A stretch of DNA of 64,000 nt, from contig CP060220.1 in the NCBI GenBank assembly GCA_023898385.1, positions 76,993 to 140,992 of the forward strand, given 5' to 3'. The notes beneath the pieces are model-generated. The model was not told the DNA's origin and did not search any database. It was given only the letters and a program-made list of their open reading frames with translations. Position numbers and translations under genes: made by a program. The DNA is from Pseudobdellovibrionaceae bacterium (lineage in GTDB: Bacteria; Bdellovibrionota; Bdellovibrionia; Bdellovibrionales; UBA1609). Position 1 is the first letter of the stretch. Each line of letters begins with the position of its first letter. This document shows positions 17,956-27,144 of the stretch, piece by piece.

Positions 17956-17982
17956 AGATTTTCGCAGATTTTCGAAGATTTC
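17956..17982. repeat. Tandem 10-mer (about 2.7 copies)
   Basis: AGATTTTCGC AGATTTTCGA AGATTTC, about 140 nt beyond the transposase stop. It may belong to the IS end. Confidence 0.5.
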
Positions 17983-18118
17983 ACTCAAGCCATTTTGTAA
18001 AATACCGATACTTAAGTATGGAAAAGATATTGGAGGGGGCTCGATGAGGAACCCATTTTTCATACAGTTGTGGAATTGCCGGCCACGAAGTTCTTGGTTG
18101 TGGTAACGTTCCATTTCC

Positions 18119-19462
18119 TTAGGACGGTTCCATTATTTCGCAGCCCAAAAACGTTAGTCTGACATTTCCTGTAATATTAAGTCGGTTTTTCCAATATTCT
18201 TCCCACTCGCCGGCACTTGTTATGCGTTTTATGATGATTTTTGTCATCTTTTCGGCGCCTTTTTTACTCCAACCGAACCCGATCTTTTTTATGCGGCGGC
18301 CGATTTCGCGCATCATTCTCTCTATCATTGAACTCACTCGGGGATTCTTTAATCCCATATGAAGCCACGTGCGTAAGTAAGCAAACATCCCTTTTTTGGC
18401 TCGTATCAAGTACCTCGCGGCATCTCCGTAACCCTTCGTAATTAATTCATCGATTAAGTCTTGAACGCCTTTTTCTGCCATCCAAATTTTTTTCTCAAGA
18501 CCTAGCTTTTCCTCTGCGCTGACCTGATCGAAGTCTTCTTCAGGTATATGTAATTCAATCGCTGCAGCTAATTCACCCTGGAACGATCTTGTTTCTTCTA
18601 TTGAAGCACCTCCTTCTATGCGTAAAGGCTGATAGATATCCTTTACGATGTGCCAGTGACATCGTTGATGATCGAGCGTCAACTTCTTAAGACCATGTAT
18701 CAGTCCGGCCTCGCCATCTGAGACCAGCACATTAGCTATGGCTTTAAATTTTACTCGCTCATTAGGATGGTTAGCGGCTTTGATCATTTGCCCAATGCTT
18801 TGCCAACTCTCATCTGTCCAAGCGCCATATGGACGGACGCCTCCATCTCGATCCACACCAACTACAACCTTCACCTCTCCGCGATTCGACTCGTACTCTG
18901 GCTTTTTCTTATAACCAGTGCCATCGGCAACTAACGTATCACAGCGGCCCTTAAGAGGGATTTCGTCACAACAACTTGCCATAACCCACCGATGAAGAGT
19001 CGTGTGGGGGATCTCAATCGATCCAATGCTTTTTAAGTGAACCTCACCTCGACGATAGCTCTGCTCACTGAGAAGCTCCACAACAGTCTTCTCTAACTCT
19101 ACGGATTTTTTCTGATACCGATCGAGTCCTAAAAAAGTTCTCAGTGGGATCGTCGTCTTATGGCAGCTTTTGCATTTGAGCCGGGTCCATAGCACCGTCA
19201 CTGTACCCACACCCGTTCGAACCGTCTTTTTTTCTTCTCGTCTTGTGACAACAAGATGTGACTTCTTGCAACAGTCGTGGCGACCCACCCCCAGCACTTT
19301 CTTGTAGACCATGTCGTCAAGTAGCCTTAACAACACCTGCAAAAACCCGGGTATACCCTCGCGCTCAAATAACTCTTTTGACGCTAAGAGTAGCTCGTCT
19401 AAAGTAAATTCATTTTCTGATAGACTTGCGCCCACTTTTAAAGACAATATTTGCTCAATCAT
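18119..19462 (-). CDS. DDE transposase (ISLre2/ISKra4-like, UPF0236-type); IS ends not resolved
   Basis: 447 aa. N-terminal FTLDELLL...LLRLLDD, then a Cys pair (CKSC), DGTGYKKK, and later D/E blocks. The family assignment is from memory and is tentative. Confidence 0.65.
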   Translation of the reverse strand: MIEQILSLKVGASLSENEFTLDELLLASKELFEREGIPGFLQVLLRLLDDMVYKKVLGVGRHDCCKKSHLVVTRREEKKTVRTGVGTVTVLWTRLKCKSCHKTTIPLRTFLGLDRYQKKSVELEKTVVELLSEQSYRRGEVHLKSIGSIEIPHTTLHRWVMASCCDEIPLKGRCDTLVADGTGYKKKPEYESNRGEVKVVVGVDRDGGVRPYGAWTDESWQSIGQMIKAANHPNERVKFKAIANVLVSDGEAGLIHGLKKLTLDHQRCHWHIVKDIYQPLRIEGGASIEETRSFQGELAAAIELHIPEEDFDQVSAEEKLGLEKKIWMAEKGVQDLIDELITKGYGDAARYLIRAKKGMFAYLRTWLHMGLKNPRVSSMIERMMREIGRRIKKIGFGWSKKGAEKMTKIIIKRITSAGEWEEYWKNRLNITGNVRLTFLGCEIMEPS

Positions 19463-19469
19463 TTGGTGG

Positions 19470-19510
19470 TCTCCTTGTTGTTTGTTTTTAGTCGAGCATC
19501 AACAAGGAGA
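19470..19510 (-). promoter_or_regulatory. Anti-SD hairpin occluding the transposase RBS
   Basis: On the mRNA strand: UCUCCUUGUUG, a 19-nt loop, CAACAAGGAGA, 7 nt, then AUG (19462). The 11-bp perfect stem contains the AAGGAG Shine-Dalgarno. Confidence 0.6.
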
Positions 19511-19524
19511 TCATTTTTATCTTC

Positions 19525-20190
19525 TCAACGCCACCACTTATCACTCTTGCGAACAACCTTTCTTCGACGACTCGATGGAGCTTTCAACTGAGCTTGGTGT
19601 TCTTTTAAACACCGAGGACACCATTTCGTTCGCTTGGCATTGTGAAGACTTCTTTGCCACTTGCACTTACACTTTAAACACTGCCAATCAAGTGGCGCGT
19701 CTATATGCTCGTAGGACTTTGATAAAAGCTTGGCATTGTGATCTTTGGCAAGCTTTCTGATCTCCTTGACTGTGGCCTTTCTTTTTAAAGCCCCCTCTCG
19801 CCTTCGACAGATGGGACACCACTTGCCTTGGCTAACATTGGCTGGGGTCATAAAAAACATGTGACCCCATAAACACTTCCACTTAAGCATCGTATGGGCA
19901 TCGATGTAGATTCTAGATAAACAAAGCCCTTTATGTGCCTTGGCCCGAGCCCTTTGTATTGTAATGTCGCCTCGAAGCTCCTCACCACGACGCTTAAAAT
20001 AACATCGCCTACACCAACTGCCTTGCTTAATGTTCTCTGGTGTCGCCAACCACTCATGACGAGCCTCGCACCGCCATAACATCTTTGTTCGACCGTTTGC
20101 ATACTCTTTTGTTAATAACCGACCACCGCGAGTTCTTGCTATTCTTCGCAACTCACGTAGTTGTTTTAGACGGGCTGTCTTAGTCATCAC
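19525..20190 (-). CDS. Protein with three zinc-ribbon repeats (W-x-C...H-x-W...G-x-W-C-P-x-C)
   Basis: Three ~60-aa repeats: LWRCEARHEW..QGSWCRRC, KWKCLWGHMF..QGKWCPIC and DWQCLKCKCKW..RTKWCPRC. The protein is very basic. Confidence 0.6.
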   Translation of the reverse strand: MMTKTARLKQLRELRRIARTRGGRLLTKEYANGRTKMLWRCEARHEWLATPENIKQGSWCRRCYFKRRGEELRGDITIQRARAKAHKGLCLSRIYIDAHTMLKWKCLWGHMFFMTPANVSQGKWCPICRRREGALKRKATVKEIRKLAKDHNAKLLSKSYEHIDAPLDWQCLKCKCKWQRSLHNAKRTKWCPRCLKEHQAQLKAPSSRRRKVVRKSDKWWR

Positions 20191-20441
20191 TTCAATCCAG
20201 ACAATAAGGTGTAAAACTCAAAAATACTCTAGCACTATTCAACAGTTACGGTGAATTCATAAAAACTGTCGCTGTTTGAGACGCCCAATTGGGCTTAAGC
20301 TTCGACCCACAACAATGGCGCAGCTATTCTCAAATTGATGCATAAAAAACGAGCAGTACAGCAAAAATAACTAAAGTTATTCACCGCATCAGACGATACT
20401 AAGTATATCAATTTTAATGGAGTGCTTAATATGGAGGCAAA

Positions 20442-22910
20442 ATGTCGCCCTACAAAAATGGAACGTTACCTTGGTTGTCTGCGTGGCTTGGCGGCTTCTT
20501 GATGACTTTAATGCTTGTTGGCTGCCAGCTGGCGGACAACCGCATAAAGGGCGCAATAGCATTGTCTGGTAGTGGCGCGGGCCCAGGCGAAATTACGGGG
20601 ATTAGTTCGTCTAACGTCCTCAATGATCATGGGCAAATTTCATGGCCAGTGGTCGTGGGTGCGACAGGCTACCTGGCCAGCTATCAAATGGGGGATACGG
20701 CTCCCGCAAGCTGCGATGAAGGTCTACAGGTGCCGGCCCAAAATATGTCAGGAACAACGTTAACTTTGTTAAATTTAAGCCCCGGCACGAATTACTCATT
20801 GCGTATTTGTGCTTTGGGGGTGTCTTTTGAGGGCGAATTCACTGTCCTGACACTCAAAGAATTAACAAAAGAAGTGGTCTATCCAGGCAACAGCAATTGG
20901 AATGACTATGTTCGAAATAACGGAACATATCTACTTGATGCCGACAACACACCTTGTGATGGCACGGAAACGGGCGACTATCTCTCCGAATTGTGTATTC
21001 ACGTTGCCGAGGTCAATAAATTTGCGGCCCCAGACCTGGGCTCCGATTGCACCGGCGTAAGTGCTTATGATTCAGCAGGAGTCTTTGATTGGCAATGTGA
21101 TGATACAGTAGATCCAGTAGTGGTTTACTCTACGGGATTGAAAAATGGCAAAGGCCTCGCCGATCTGGTCGGTGTCACAGAGTTCTTACCTCTTCGTGTT
21201 GTGATTGAAAAATCAGGTAGTGCCACTCACTCGTCATCGCTCGCCACCTGGTGGAGCAATTCTATTGCACCGATCACTGCGGGTAACCTCACGTTATCAA
21301 ATGCAGGAACAATTTATGTTTTGGAACAAGACCTCACGGCCAACGGATTTACGGTCACGGCTGACAAAGTGGGCTTTGTAGTAAAATCAGGGGCCACTCT
21401 AGAAAGTGATCTTAACAAATCACTCATTGCCGACTCATCTGCCAAGTTTTTATGGATAGAAGGGAGCTTTGGCGAGACGGTAGGCACCAGCGTTCTAGAT
21501 ATTCGGTCAAAGTACAGCCAAATCAGAAATGTTTCCATTGAGGAGGGTGATGCGATCCAGGCATTTTTGGCCCAGTCATCAGAATATTTGAAAATCCAAA
21601 ATCTTCGCATAAAAGGCACCGCTTCAGTCTACAAGTGTGTTTCCCTTACGCTAGGATCGTGGCTTGAGGCTTCATACGTGGCAACGTATGGATGTCAAAT
21701 TGGGTTCTCTTCAGGGTTTAATTCGAATTCAAGATTTAATAATCTCAAAATATTGGGGCACTCTGATGATGGCATTGGCCTTTCGGGTACCGGAAACAAT
21801 ATTTTTGTAAACACCCAGGTGGCTTACTCAAATCGGGCCATTACCGGAGATCTAACGAATAACGTGTTTTATAATACTGTGGTTTCTAACTCCCCTTATT
21901 GCGTCTATATGACTGGCGGCTCGATGACATTTGTTAATACTTTATTGGTCAACTGTAACCAGGCCAGGTTTACTCTGTACACTCATCATTCTTCGTTTTT
22001 AAATACGGTGATTGCTTCGCAATCGGCTTCCCAAGGGCACTACTTTTATAGAGTTCACGACAACGTATTTCACAATCTTGTAACGGCGAACAATGATGGA
22101 TGGCAAATTGGACATACGTCATCTAACAATTTTGTGTTTTCAAATTTGGCCATGGATTTGCCTTTTAATGGATACGACGGCGATAACTGGAAGTTTACCG
22201 GGAACTTGTTGTTAACCCCATCGGTCACTTGCAGTTACTCAGGTGCCGGTACAAATTATGGACTACAAAATGGCACTTGCGCCAATGTTGGAACAAGTGA
22301 TGCCGTTCATCGAACTGGTCTGGATTTTAGCGACACCTTTGTTGGCAGGGTTTTCGACGACAGCATAACTCAGTTTGATATTTCAAGTGATGTGGACTTT
22401 ACCAATATCGGAGCCATTTCAAATTTAAACGATTTTGATACCGTTATTGACTTTGAGCATCCGTTGAGAGCCTGGGGCCGGAGTTCTACAAATTGGCGCG
22501 ACAGTGCTGCACGGGGGGCATGTGCGACGGGAGGTACAATGTGCGCTGTGTACGACTGGAGGTTGAAATCCACCGACACTGTGTTCAGAAACACGTCCCT
22601 AGACGGCCTCAATCAAAATGACCCCTTCATCAGTGGAAGCGCCTGTCCCGCAGCCGTAGATGGCAACTTAACGTTGACCGACTCTAATGCAAATGGGGCC
22701 AACACCTATCTGAGAAACGCCGTAGAAATAATGAACGATAAAATCGGCGACGACGACGGTCTGTGTGAGTCAAGTGAGGCCTGTATCTACTCACCCAACT
22801 TCGGCGTCTATCAGGGTCACGGCGACTACAAGGCCAACGGCACCTGCACCTTTCAAAACGGCACCGTTTCGGGCGTCACGATGTATACATACCCTAGCAA
22901 TGGTATCTAG
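20442..22910 (+). CDS. Large lipoprotein with Fn3-like domain and parallel beta-helix-like repeats
   Basis: GGAGG precedes the ATG. Lipobox LMLVGC. An Fn3-like segment (ISWPVVVGATGYLASY...NYSLRICAL). Many ~22-aa N/G/V-rich repeats (NNIFVNT, NNVFYNTVVSN, SSFLNTVIAS, DNVFHNLVTAN). Confidence 0.65.
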   Translation: MSPYKNGTLPWLSAWLGGFLMTLMLVGCQLADNRIKGAIALSGSGAGPGEITGISSSNVLNDHGQISWPVVVGATGYLASYQMGDTAPASCDEGLQVPAQNMSGTTLTLLNLSPGTNYSLRICALGVSFEGEFTVLTLKELTKEVVYPGNSNWNDYVRNNGTYLLDADNTPCDGTETGDYLSELCIHVAEVNKFAAPDLGSDCTGVSAYDSAGVFDWQCDDTVDPVVVYSTGLKNGKGLADLVGVTEFLPLRVVIEKSGSATHSSSLATWWSNSIAPITAGNLTLSNAGTIYVLEQDLTANGFTVTADKVGFVVKSGATLESDLNKSLIADSSAKFLWIEGSFGETVGTSVLDIRSKYSQIRNVSIEEGDAIQAFLAQSSEYLKIQNLRIKGTASVYKCVSLTLGSWLEASYVATYGCQIGFSSGFNSNSRFNNLKILGHSDDGIGLSGTGNNIFVNTQVAYSNRAITGDLTNNVFYNTVVSNSPYCVYMTGGSMTFVNTLLVNCNQARFTLYTHHSSFLNTVIASQSASQGHYFYRVHDNVFHNLVTANNDGWQIGHTSSNNFVFSNLAMDLPFNGYDGDNWKFTGNLLLTPSVTCSYSGAGTNYGLQNGTCANVGTSDAVHRTGLDFSDTFVGRVFDDSITQFDISSDVDFTNIGAISNLNDFDTVIDFEHPLRAWGRSSTNWRDSAARGACATGGTMCAVYDWRLKSTDTVFRNTSLDGLNQNDPFISGSACPAAVDGNLTLTDSNANGANTYLRNAVEIMNDKIGDDDGLCESSEACIYSPNFGVYQGHGDYKANGTCTFQNGTVSGVTMYTYPSNGI

Positions 22911-23027
22911 ATAAATGTAGCGGCCAGAATTATGGATAGTGAAGTGCTGGCAGAGACATGACTATTGATGGTGATACATAAAATGGCTAAAATGGCTTTA
23001 ATGGAATCTCGTATCAAGTCAGCTTCA

Positions 23028-23366
23028 CTATTTAGGTGCTATTTTCTCAAACGCAGGTTTAAGCGGGAGTAGGTCGGTGTGGATGGTATTCCATACGATC
23101 GATAGGTCTACACCAAAATATTCGTGAATAAGCAAATTACGGAAATCTTTTATTTTTCGCCACGGGATTTCAGGGTTTCTTACTTGAATATCCACAGGAA
23201 TCTTGTGACTGGCTTCTCCAATGACCTCTAGGCAGCGAATAACTGCAAGGACCGTTTTTCGATCCATACGGAACGAGTCAAGAGTCATCCCGTGCGTGAA
23301 GTTTTCTATGTCTTCAATACTGGTGAGTATATCCGAAACTCTCAAGTCCCATTTTCTAGGCGACAC
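23028..23366 (-). CDS. hepT: HEPN (DUF86) toxin of a HEPN/MNT type VII TA pair
   Basis: The RX4H motif RNLLIHEY and the DUF86-like N-terminus DILTSIEDIENF. It overlaps the upstream gene by 11 nt. Confidence 0.85.
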   Translation of the reverse strand: MSPRKWDLRVSDILTSIEDIENFTHGMTLDSFRMDRKTVLAVIRCLEVIGEASHKIPVDIQVRNPEIPWRKIKDFRNLLIHEYFGVDLSIVWNTIHTDLLPLKPAFEKIAPK

Positions 23367-23649
23367 GAATGGCCTCTTTAAGAATTTGTTCTTTGAGATG
23401 AGGGTGTAAAGCTTGTTCTGTTGCCAAGTCTACTTTGCACCCAAACAATCCTTCGAGAAAATATTTAACTTCTAAAAATTGAAACATTCCGACGGGTTCA
23501 GAAAACGCCACCAAAACATCAAGGTCACTGTTTTCTTTGCCCTCGTTACGGGCAACAGATCCAAAGAGATGTACTGATTCAACTTTTAGGTTTCGCAACT
23601 CACCTTTGTGGCTTGCGAGTAAACTGGCAACTTGATCTCTGTCGGTCAT
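23356..23649 (-). CDS. mntA: Minimal nucleotidyltransferase antitoxin
   Basis: LFGSVARNEGKENSDLDVLV (GS...DxD, pol-beta NTase). ATG 23649 is preferred over GTG 23661. Confidence 0.85.
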   Translation of the reverse strand: MTDRDQVASLLASHKGELRNLKVESVHLFGSVARNEGKENSDLDVLVAFSEPVGMFQFLEVKYFLEGLFGCKVDLATEQALHPHLKEQILKEAIRVA

Positions 23650-23846
23650 AGACGCCCCCACTGAGTTTATAATCGTACTATTGTATGACTTTCACTACAA
23701 GTCCACTTTTCAGGCATTCGTCGGTTGGATTCAATCTATGGGTGCGCTTGGTCGCGTTAAATCAGCACAGGGCCTCGGAAGTCTCGATGTGGGCAGCGAA
23801 TCCAGACAATAGCGGGGTTTCGAACAACAGCCGTTGTATCAATGAG

Positions 23847-24803
23847 CTACTGCTCGGTCTTTAAAAGATCGCCGCATCGATTCTTAGGCTCTAAACCAAA
23901 TGTTGGATTGGGCAGGCCGAGACTATTGAGTTTTTCAACCAATGCATGGCTGTATTTTTCAGCAAAATCCTCGAGAACTTCCGATTGGGCGACGGGTACT
24001 TTGGGTTGCAACAAGTAAGCTTGAAACTCGTCAATGATGACATCCTCACCCTCGTAGGCAAAAGCTAACCTATTGCGAATCTCTTCGCGGTCTGATTCTG
24101 TCAGAGTGTTTTGCCAAAAATCTTTGATAGTGTTCTTGTAAGCTGGGTAGCTGTCAAAAAGGGCGTGGGCTATCTCGTGACCCAAGGTATCTAGAGCAAA
24201 GCCCACAACATTGAGCCCAATCAGAAAATAATCGCCGCCACGATGTCGGCCATTTAAGATGGGTAAAATGTGATTATAGATCATCTGTTCTTCAGGCAGC
24301 AGGTTCCCACCTGTGGCTTTTGCAAACTGAATAAGATCGCGCCTTCGAAGATTCAAGCCGCGAGCGGCTTCGATAGATTCGTGATAAAACAGTTCATTGC
24401 CTTTTGCTACATGCCCCACTTCCACTCCGGGGCCGCCGTCTTGAAACAGTGACGGACGTATCAAAGATTTATTCATGTGCAGACGTGAGTAAAATAAAGC
24501 CACATAGACGTTATTCAAGCCTTCCACTGGCCGAACTTGAACATGGTAGTTATAAAGATGCCGATCATAGTCTGAAAAATTTCGATACCAGTTGAGCGCT
24601 TTACCAAAATCAGAGTTTGATCTCATCATATAGGCATTGGCCTGGTTTTTAAAAGCGGTGACCCATTCTTTTGCAGCAGGCTCAGTCAGAGGCAGAGGGA
24701 GGGGAGAGAATCGCACTCGCTTTTCAGAAAGGCCGCCAGCCACGGACTCTGATGCACCAGCGGCAAGTACGGCCGAAAAAAGTAAACATATTGATTTCAA
24801 CAT
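23847..24803 (-). CDS. Secreted hypothetical protein with HExxH motif (possible metallopeptidase)
   Basis: Signal peptide MLKSICLLFSAVLAAGA. LGHEIAHALF with a downstream EFQAY. I recognise no family. Confidence 0.5.
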   Translation of the reverse strand: MLKSICLLFSAVLAAGASESVAGGLSEKRVRFSPLPLPLTEPAAKEWVTAFKNQANAYMMRSNSDFGKALNWYRNFSDYDRHLYNYHVQVRPVEGLNNVYVALFYSRLHMNKSLIRPSLFQDGGPGVEVGHVAKGNELFYHESIEAARGLNLRRRDLIQFAKATGGNLLPEEQMIYNHILPILNGRHRGGDYFLIGLNVVGFALDTLGHEIAHALFDSYPAYKNTIKDFWQNTLTESDREEIRNRLAFAYEGEDVIIDEFQAYLLQPKVPVAQSEVLEDFAEKYSHALVEKLNSLGLPNPTFGLEPKNRCGDLLKTEQ

Positions 24804-24916
24804 ACGGACCACCAAACCGAAAAAAACAAACCTAATTTTATTTTTAGTTTATCGGGAGCTCTTGATATCGACTCATTCGGGTATGAGTCAAGCAAGGGGC
24901 GGGCTTGTGAACAAGA

Positions 24917-25294
24917 TTACACGGCCTCTTCATATTTGCGAAGCTTCTCGGTAAGGGCTGCCGCTGTTGAATCATAACAGGCCTGAAGGTTCGACAAAAG
25001 AGTTGCCAATATGGCACTAGCAGCGTGGGCTTGTGCGTGTTTTTCAATGTCTCGGGCGTGATCTTGCAGGGATTTTGCGCCCAGGGTGCCGGCGTTGGAT
25101 TTCACATCGTGAGCCATTCGCTCTAAAGTATTGAGATCACCTCGCGAAAGGGCCTCACCCATGGCCTGAATACGCGCGGGGGTGTGGTCAAAAAATATGT
25201 CAATAAGGTGAGTGAGCGTTCCCAGATCCCCAGCCAGCTGGTCTCGAAAAAGATAATCTAATAAACCCTCGTCAATGGGCGATGACTCTGCCAT
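24917..25294 (-). CDS. Single-domain Hpt histidine phosphotransfer protein
   Basis: MAHDVKSNAGTLGA (the HxxKG-type phosphoacceptor helix). GGAGG lies 5 nt upstream of ATG 25294. Confidence 0.7.
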   Translation of the reverse strand: MAESSPIDEGLLDYLFRDQLAGDLGTLTHLIDIFFDHTPARIQAMGEALSRGDLNTLERMAHDVKSNAGTLGAKSLQDHARDIEKHAQAHAASAILATLLSNLQACYDSTAAALTEKLRKYEEAV

Positions 25295-25322
25295 TTGGCC
25301 TCCGCAACTCATAGGTCTCGAC

Positions 25323-26243
25323 TTATTGTACTTGGTCTAAAAGGCGTTGAAAACTGGTCCAGAAGTCTTGGGGGCACTCCTTGTGGGGGAGGTGACCACA
25401 ATTTTTGGCCACCCGAAGAGAGGCTTGTGGAATGGCATTGGCAAATTCAATACCATGGTCAAGGGGGATGATTCTATCGGAGTCCCCCCACAAAAGGGCC
25501 GTGGGCATGCGAATTTGTTTAATCCGGTGGTCGAGAAACTCCGTGCCACCTTGCTGGGATTTTAGCATTTGGATAATGGGCATTTTCTCAAATTTTCGAA
25601 TCGCACTTTGAGCAATAAAATCGGGAACTGGAAAGCTATTGTAGTAGGCTTTAGCCCGAAATTCGCGCAAGCTTTCGGGGCTCGGATCCACAAATGCCGG
25701 CAAAATATCACTGTAATCTCGATCTAATCCCGCGGCGTTTTCAAGCATCAGGCCACTTAATAGTGTCGGGTAACTCAACGCTATTTCCGCAGCGATCCAT
25801 CCGCCAAAACTATTCCCCACGACCACCCAGCTCTCACACTGATCCATCACGCTATCTTTAACCACGCGAGCCAAATGGGAGATGCGGTAATCATGAGAGT
25901 CTTTAAGAGCTGGCGTGTCGCCGGAGCCGGGTAAATCCACAGCAAATAGGTGAACCGAAGGAGGAGGACTCGTGAGCCCCTCACCCATCAAAACGCGCTT
26001 CCAAGTGAGGCCTTCATCACCCAGCCCATGAATAAGTAATACGCATTGGCACTCTTCAGGGTGAGAACAATAGTTCTTTCTATACACATGCACATCTCGA
26101 TAGGTCTCTGAGTGAACTTGCTTAAGTTGCAGTTGCGCCTGAAAAAGAGCCGTTAATGCAGAAATGGGGTAGGCATAAACTAGGCCTGCGGCCAAAATAG
26201 CCAGCGTCACAATGGGAATTAAAATTTTCAAGGGGTATCTCAT
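25323..26243 (-). CDS. Alpha/beta hydrolase
   Basis: LLIHGLGDEG, GNSFGGW (GxSxG) and a C-terminal CGHLPH. A membrane anchor follows ATG 26243. Confidence 0.8.
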   Translation of the reverse strand: MRYPLKILIPIVTLAILAAGLVYAYPISALTALFQAQLQLKQVHSETYRDVHVYRKNYCSHPEECQCVLLIHGLGDEGLTWKRVLMGEGLTSPPPSVHLFAVDLPGSGDTPALKDSHDYRISHLARVVKDSVMDQCESWVVVGNSFGGWIAAEIALSYPTLLSGLMLENAAGLDRDYSDILPAFVDPSPESLREFRAKAYYNSFPVPDFIAQSAIRKFEKMPIIQMLKSQQGGTEFLDHRIKQIRMPTALLWGDSDRIIPLDHGIEFANAIPQASLRVAKNCGHLPHKECPQDFWTSFQRLLDQVQ

Positions 26244-26473
26244 GGGTCCCTTCGTCCTTATGGGGCAAGTCTTATTTTCGGTATCAACAGAACTTGGCCA
26301 ACACAAATTCTGAAATTGCAGCCAAGACTCTCAGGATACGGACTGCGTCGGCCAACTTCAAAAAAAACTTTATAGCTTTGACCAATTTGATACAAAAGTC
26401 TTTGCATGATGAGTCGTGATTGTCTGACTCTAGACTCACAATACTTGTGATTGTTAATGCAAAGGGGGATGGC

Positions 26474-26851
26474 GTGATTGTATTTTTGGTCAGTTTATTT
26501 GGGGCGCTTGGAGTCGCGTTGCGATTTGGCGTGAACTCGTGGATGTCCTCAGTGTCTCATTTTTGGGCCACTGTGGTGGTGAACCTTTTGGGATGTTTTT
26601 TGGCCGGAGTGTTGTTTGCGTATTTTCGAGGCCAACCCACGGTTTTGGTGCCCGGTGCCGTGAAGACGGCCCTAGTGATTGGGTTTTTGGGCGGCCTTAC
26701 CACCTTTTCAAGCTTTGCATTGGACACCATGCGTCTTTTGGAGAGGGGGGCGTATGGAATGGCCCTAACCAACGTAGTGGGCCAGAACCTGGCCGGTTTA
26801 CTCTTGTGTGCTGCGGGCTTGTTTATAGGAAAAATGTTGGTGAGTTCGTAG
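26474..26851 (+). CDS. crcB: Fluoride channel CrcB/FluC
   Basis: VNLLGCFLAG and GFLGGLTTFSSF motifs. GTG 26474 follows AAGGGGGA and gives the typical ~125 aa. Confidence 0.85.
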   Translation: MIVFLVSLFGALGVALRFGVNSWMSSVSHFWATVVVNLLGCFLAGVLFAYFRGQPTVLVPGAVKTALVIGFLGGLTTFSSFALDTMRLLERGAYGMALTNVVGQNLAGLLLCAAGLFIGKMLVSS

Positions 26852-27144
26852 TTGAGAATCGTGGCGAACAGCTCGTGTCCAAACACTGACCAGTTTTGTG
26901 TCTGAAATTTGCTATAGATAGTCAGTGAAGTGACGATGGCGCTCAGATCCATTGGACGAGGGTTTGAGCCGTTGATGCCGAATTTGAAGCTGACCTGTGC
27001 GTTTACAACCCTGAAAAAATCACATGTCAGGGTCATTTAGCGGCACGGTCAAAATTTGATAAATGAAGCGATTTCGAGTATAACAAAGCGCGCCCTCAGC
27101 CTTTCGGCACCAGGGGTGTTGCCCAAATTTGAGGAGGAATGTGA

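Noticed and set aside
17742-18114. ORFs 17742..17984 (-), 17858..18106 (+) and 17881..18114 (-)
   Set aside because: They overlap each other, have no RBS and have odd composition. This is more likely an untranslated IS end or intergenic DNA.
26330-26473. Possible fluoride riboswitch upstream of crcB
   Set aside because: The conserved crcB-motif elements, as I remember them, do not occur in the right order. I saw only unrelated short hairpins. An Infernal scan would settle it.
26539-27036. ORFs 26539..26889 (+) and 26557..27036 (-) overlapping crcB
   Set aside because: crcB has clear family motifs in its own frame. The overlapping frames have no recognisable features.
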